From: the human T2T-CHM13v2.0 reference genome, Homo sapiens
Length of the DNA stretch: 64,000 nucleotides
NCBI RefSeq assembly: GCF_009914755.1
Contig: NC_060940.1
Reading direction: 5' to 3' (one strand)
The position numbers and the translations under genes were made by a program. The stretch's first letter is position 1; every line of letters begins with the position of its first letter. The notes beneath the pieces were generated by a model that did no database searches, was not told the DNA's origin, and saw only the letters and a list, made by a program, of their open reading frames with translations. Shown in pieces: positions 57,205 to 64,000 of this stretch.

Positions 57205-58644
57205 CCTTATATCCTGTGTCTTCCTCATCCTAAGGGCTTTGGGTCATCTGGCACTTCCTCATCCTTTGAAGATGCTCCTCCCTGTTCCCCATCAAGACAC
57301 AAACACATGCACACACATACCACACATACATACACACACACCACATGAGAGTAGATTCAGACTGTCTCTTAGACTTGTCCTATCAGCATTCTATCTTTTA
57401 CCTTGAAAGGTATTGAGAGAAAGAGGACAGAATGCTCACTTTCCTGGTTTTGATCAAAAGTCCCTCTGCCCTTCGATCACTAAACCTATCTGGGAATCTA
57501 TTGTTTTCCCTCCCTTCTGCCCCATCTCATAGATCTCACCAGGGTCTAATTCTCCTGCTTATGTTCCAGTTACCCTATTCCTCCTCTTTCCTAACTCAAA
57601 CAGTCTTTGTGTGGTTTTGGAGAGAGGAAGGAAAAGGGGCATAAGTGAACAAGTTCTCTGAAATGCAGTTTTAGCAGGCCAGGATGTGAAACACATCAGT
57701 TAGTACTTCACATACCACCTGCCCACATTGGGTTACACAAATGCCGTAATCACAGACTGCTAATTTTGACTCCCTCCCCAAGGAACTGGTAAGTGCCTGG
57801 GTATATGGTTGACTCCTGGCCTTACAGCAACCTTGTTGCTCCAAGGAACACCGACTATTCCTTTTCCTTCATGGCCTGGATGGAAGAATATCAAGGGTCT
57901 GTTTTTCCTAATCTAAAACATGTTTCTGGGTTTTCAGGAAAGAGATGCTTTTTTGGTTTAAAATTAAAGCTATCTTTGTGGGATAATACAAACTAACTCA
58001 GGCTTACCTATACTAAGCCATAAGTCTTTCCTTTACTTATGTTGGGCTTTAGATTTTTCTCCAATGTTCTACCTCCTACCAGTGAAAAAAGTGTGATGAA
58101 TCTTAGAGCTCTTAATTATTGAAATGATGAGAGGGAGCTAAAGGTTTTCTCTATTTTTAAAAATGTGTGAGCCCCATGAACAGACAGGGATACTTATTGT
58201 ATACTAATTATTTCTACCCAGAAAGTATGATTGGAGCCAATGTGCAGAGGCTTGGTGTGCAGAGGCTTGGCATGCAGAGAGTTCGCCTTTTTGAATCCAA
58301 ACCCGGTTCTAAAGGAGAAAATCCCTGGTAGTGCAGAGCATAACTGGTAGGGGGAGATGGTATGAGGAGATGATGTTGGAGATGGTTTTGCCAGGGTTTG
58401 GGGTTCTGCAGAGTAACAGTGAATAGGAACCTGACACCAATGTCACTGACTGAGCCATAGTCCAATTCCAGGACTGGAGTTCTTCTGGAGAGAAAGTAGG
58501 GCTAGTTGGGTCTCTCCAGAAAGAGGCTTTTGAATGACAGAAGAAATTAGGGGCCAGGAGGAGCAGGAGAAGGAATCCAGGATTTATGAGACTCACTGTC
58601 CTAGGTGAAAACGTCTCCCCCTGGCTCTCTTCTTTGCTACCTTT

Positions 58645-59075
58645 CACAGAGGCTGTTTGTTGTCTGTTCCAACATCCATACTCTTTATTTTCCTTAGTAA
58701 CAGATGCTCATTTTATTGGGATGTGCATGCACTCATCTAAAAGACTCTATCTCCTAGCCTCTCTTGCAGCTAGGTATGATTATGTGTCTAAGTTTTGGTC
58801 AATGAGACATAAAATGGAGTATTGTGGGGACTTCCATGAAATCTTCTGAAAGAGAAGTAGTGCACAGCTCTTTGTTCTTCCCACCTTTCTAATGGCTTGT
58901 AATGCTGACTTAATGCCTGGTGTTCCACCAGCCATCTGGAACATGAGGCCTTAATGCTATGGAACTATCATTGCCAGCCCTGGATAGAAGGAGCAATTTC
59001 TATCTTGCTTAAGTAATGATTTTGTTTTTAATTTTTCTGTTTCATACACCTGAATCTAATGCAAGCTGACACTGA
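58645..59075. mobile_element. MLT1-like LTR relic
   Basis: cctagcctctcttgcagctagg...ctaagttttggtcaatgaga. Confidence 0.55.
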
Positions 59076-59824
59076 CAAAACACACTTATTTAAGTTACTC
59101 TCAGAGATCTCTCTCTACAGTTCACTCACCGTTTCTAGCACCTCCACTAGTTGCTTATACTCTACATTTTGGAACCCCTGTTTCATGGTGGACCAGCTCT
59201 TCAGCGATTCCACAGATATGTTTCTCAAATGCCCCTTCCCTTTCTCGACTTGCCTTGGTTTTCTCTTGAGATGTCAGTTCTTTGTGTTCACTTTCTCCTT
59301 CTCTATTTGCTGTATGGAGTAGAAACAGCCAGGGTCAGGGAGAGAGGAACATTTCAGCCTTCCTACTGCCACCACTATTACTCCCATGCCATTTTGGAAA
59401 ATTTCCCATTTTGAAGTACACAGTCCACCTAATCTTTGTTGCCATTATCATTGACTGACATGGAGAAAATTCTCCCAATTGGTTGCTCTTTCTTTCTTTA
59501 CGAGATATATTCTTTCTGCCTGTCCAAAGTCACACATCTTCAAGACCCAACCCAATTGCCATTTCTTTCAACTTCCCTAAACTACATGTCACATTAACTC
59601 TTGTATGGCAGCTACTATATGCCGGGCAGTGTTCTGAACATAAAATAACAGAGCTAATCCTCACAGCAGCCTTGCCAGGTGTGTACCCTTTCCCCCTTAC
59701 AGCCCTTTTCCCATACCTCTTTTAACACAATGATCTGCCTTTATTATGGTTGTTTGTGATTTGCTTTGTCTCTCCCCAAAGGTAGAAGTGATCTATTCTG
59801 GTGAAAGAACAGGAACACACAGAC

Positions 59825-61080
<1,256 letters not shown>

Positions 61081-63265
61081 TCAGCCACTTCTTCATGGAG
61101 TCAGGGCTCACATTTTGACTCAAGTTAACTTCTCTGAGTCTCAGTTTCCCCATTTGGAAACAACTGGAACAATAATACCTACCTTACAGGGTGGTTATGG
61201 GGATTAAATAAATAATGTAATGGGGTAATATTCAGACAATTTTAATGGGCATTTTTTCTTTGCCCTCTCCACCATAAACTCTCCAACATAGACTCTGCTT
61301 CTTGAGTTGCCCTGGGCTGGCACTATGCAACAAGACTCTTGTCTTAAGAAAAGATTTTCCAAATTCCTTTATCTTCTCTCCCCAACCCAGCCCTCCTCCA
61401 CCTTCTCCCAGGTTTCAAAGGGCTCAACAAAAAAGTCAAGGACTTTTGAGGGCGATATTATCAACTGGCATTCTCAGAGGTGCCTGCTCTCCAGCAGGAG
61501 AAGGGTTAAATGCTTTGTGATAACTTCAGCTCTGAACTGCCAAGTCTCTTAGGTTCAGCTCAGCAATCAAACTGCATAACCTAATAGAGCCCCTGGTGCT
61601 ATGGGAAACACAAGACACTGATTTATATTTTAATATCAGTAATTTCCACAAGAGCAACATTTCTGAGTGTCATTTTACAATTTCTGTCAAACGCCAGCTC
61701 AGTTTTTCTTAATTCTGTTTATTGTGTCTGAATTTGCAACCTCATCCGCAATGCAGATTCTTGACTCCCAGGAGAGAAGAACATTTCCATCTTTCTCTAG
61801 AGTGGGAGGGATGAGGATGAGGGGCAGAAATGGGCTTATAAGATAATTGAAAATGTAAATGAAGTACTGTTTATTAAGAAATGATTGTGAAGTATTTTTG
61901 TTAAAAAAAAAGGCAGTTCTGAACAAACTTAGCAAAAAATGACAAACAAAAGAGATGTTTTGGATCCAAACTGGAATCTTTCCTTCCAGAAGGAAAAACT
62001 GTGTGTACACTGCAGAATGGAGAGGAGGGAACCAGTACGGGGAATATTTGGCCATGTTTACTGTATGATCGTTGCTATGGCCATTAGCACTACAGCAGGT
62101 TGTAAAGTGCTTTGGGATCCTTAAGGATCAAAGGTGCCTGGCTACATAAATGCCAGATGTTGCCATTAGGAAGAAGGAGCCTGGTTCTCTCCTGTATTCT
62201 TTGAACATCTAATAAAAGAACAAAGCTGGTGCTGCTGGCACCAAACCACATCTCCTACTTGGTGTGTTCGAGGGGTGGGGAGCTTCCCAAAACCACTGGC
62301 TGCAGATACCTATCCTTGCATGCCCAGTCTGTCCACTAGTTCCCTGAAGGCCTGCAGCTCCAGTTTCTACAGGGGTCCTTTCCCGCACAGTACATGAGCA
62401 ACCTCCTGTAAGGGCTCAACATCATGGTCTTCTTTGAGGGCTGAAATGTAGCTTTGCTAAAGGGTACCTTTCCCATGGTTGCTGCAGAAAGCCAGCTAAG
62501 AGTAGGAAGCAAGGCACTTAGAGGCCAGGGAAGCTTCTGGTGCATACTCTGGGCCCTTCCTACATGGGACTGGTATTAGTCTCCACAATCCTGCTTTTCT
62601 GCAAAGCCACAGCTCTTGTAGATTGTAGTGAGCCCAGAGCCACTTGTTCTGCCTCCACTGGTGTTAAGACCTCATACTTTTCAAAAGCATCCTTCAGTTT
62701 CATACACTCTAAATCCAACATCATGTCTCATTGCCAAACCTCTGGCAGAAGCCGTGTTGAGTTTCTCAGTGGAGCTATCGACCACATTGACTGAAGCCGC
62801 AGCAATGTGTTTCTCCCCAACCAAAAGGGTAAAAATAACAGGAACAAGTTGTCGGAAATGAAATTTCAATTCATCCACGCCCTTTCTACACTTCTGCTGC
62901 GACTCCCAAGCAGGGATCGATAGTGTTTAGACAGCCAAGGAGATTTTTTCCCCTCTTAAAGCACTAGATCAATAGTAAAAAAAAAAAAAATTCTCCAGCC
63001 CTCTGTATGTGTTGTAGTAAACGTGAACAAATCAGAGGCCTTTGGCTAAACAGATTGACTGAAGGCAGCAGCAGTCTGGTGCTTTGTAACTAAGACCACA
63101 TCAACTGCACAAGTGGCAATGAGGGAGGAAACCCCAGTGCTCCCGTGGTCCCGGTAACCAGGAGCCTTCAAAGGGAATGTCTGTCCCCAAAATGAGTGGA
63201 AGAAATGAAAAGATTCCTGTGCACTGCAGCATTTGGGTGTGCCTTTTTTAAAAAAATTAAATACT

Positions 63266-63577
<312 letters not shown>

Positions 63578-64000
63578 TTAAATTAAATACTCGATAAGGA
63601 TTATGGGCCATCACAGAAGAGCATTTTATTGGAAGACATTTTGGACCTTGGGATACTGCACACTTCATTTCCATTTTGTCTTTTACCTCTTTTATTTTTA
63701 CTTTTAAAAAAGTTCTTAGCTATCTATGGCTTTTTCTCATTGCTTCACAAGTTTTCTCCCTATACTACTGTCCACTTTTCAAACATCTGAGAGTCAACTC
63801 AAACATTGGGTCCCAATCCAGGGACTCAAAAGACTATCATGAAGCTAGCCCTTCCTTGTGAGATTAAAAAATTATTCAGGTTGCAAAACCCAAAGGTGAA
63901 CTGAGATGAATATGTGAACATCGTCCTTCATTATAAAAGACTTGTTATTCTTATCAATGAGTATGGTGCTGACTTCCTTAATGAATTGATCATATTCATT

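Noticed and set aside
61584-61599. CTCF-like GCACCAGGGGCTC on the minus strand
   Set aside because: Core G-run is one base short; weak match

Overview
Human (or near-identical primate) genomic DNA. The window holds essentially all of PMFBP1 (polyamine-modulated factor 1-binding protein 1; testis coiled-coil protein of the sperm head-tail junction) on the minus strand. I traced 20 coding exons by GT-AG boundaries and frame continuity, from ATG at 53515 to TAG at 1655-1657. They total 3024 nt (1007 aa + stop) with no frameshift or internal stop. There is an AATAAA at 1432-1437 and a probable non-coding first exon ending at a CAG|GTAAGT donor at 54361. Introns and the upstream flank are mostly interspersed repeats: over 20 Alus, a 3.7-kb 5'-truncated L1PA nested in an older L1M, THE1/MLT1/LTR16/ERV1-type LTRs, an internally deleted Tigger1, a MER53-like hAT MITE, L2/MIR relics and a CR1/L3 reverse-transcriptase fossil. 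I found no convincing novel biological system. The best second-look items are a 27-bp dispersed duplication bracketing exons 8-9, a three-level Alu/LTR/tailless-Alu nest, a twin-primed L1, a CR1 RT fossil, a PBX-HOX/MEIS motif cluster in intron 2, an RFX X-box in an LTR upstream of exon 1, and alternative splice options at exon 20. Repeat subfamily names are from remembered consensus sequences, and repeat boundaries are approximate unless target-site duplications (TSDs) are given. Exon numbers assume one non-coding first exon.
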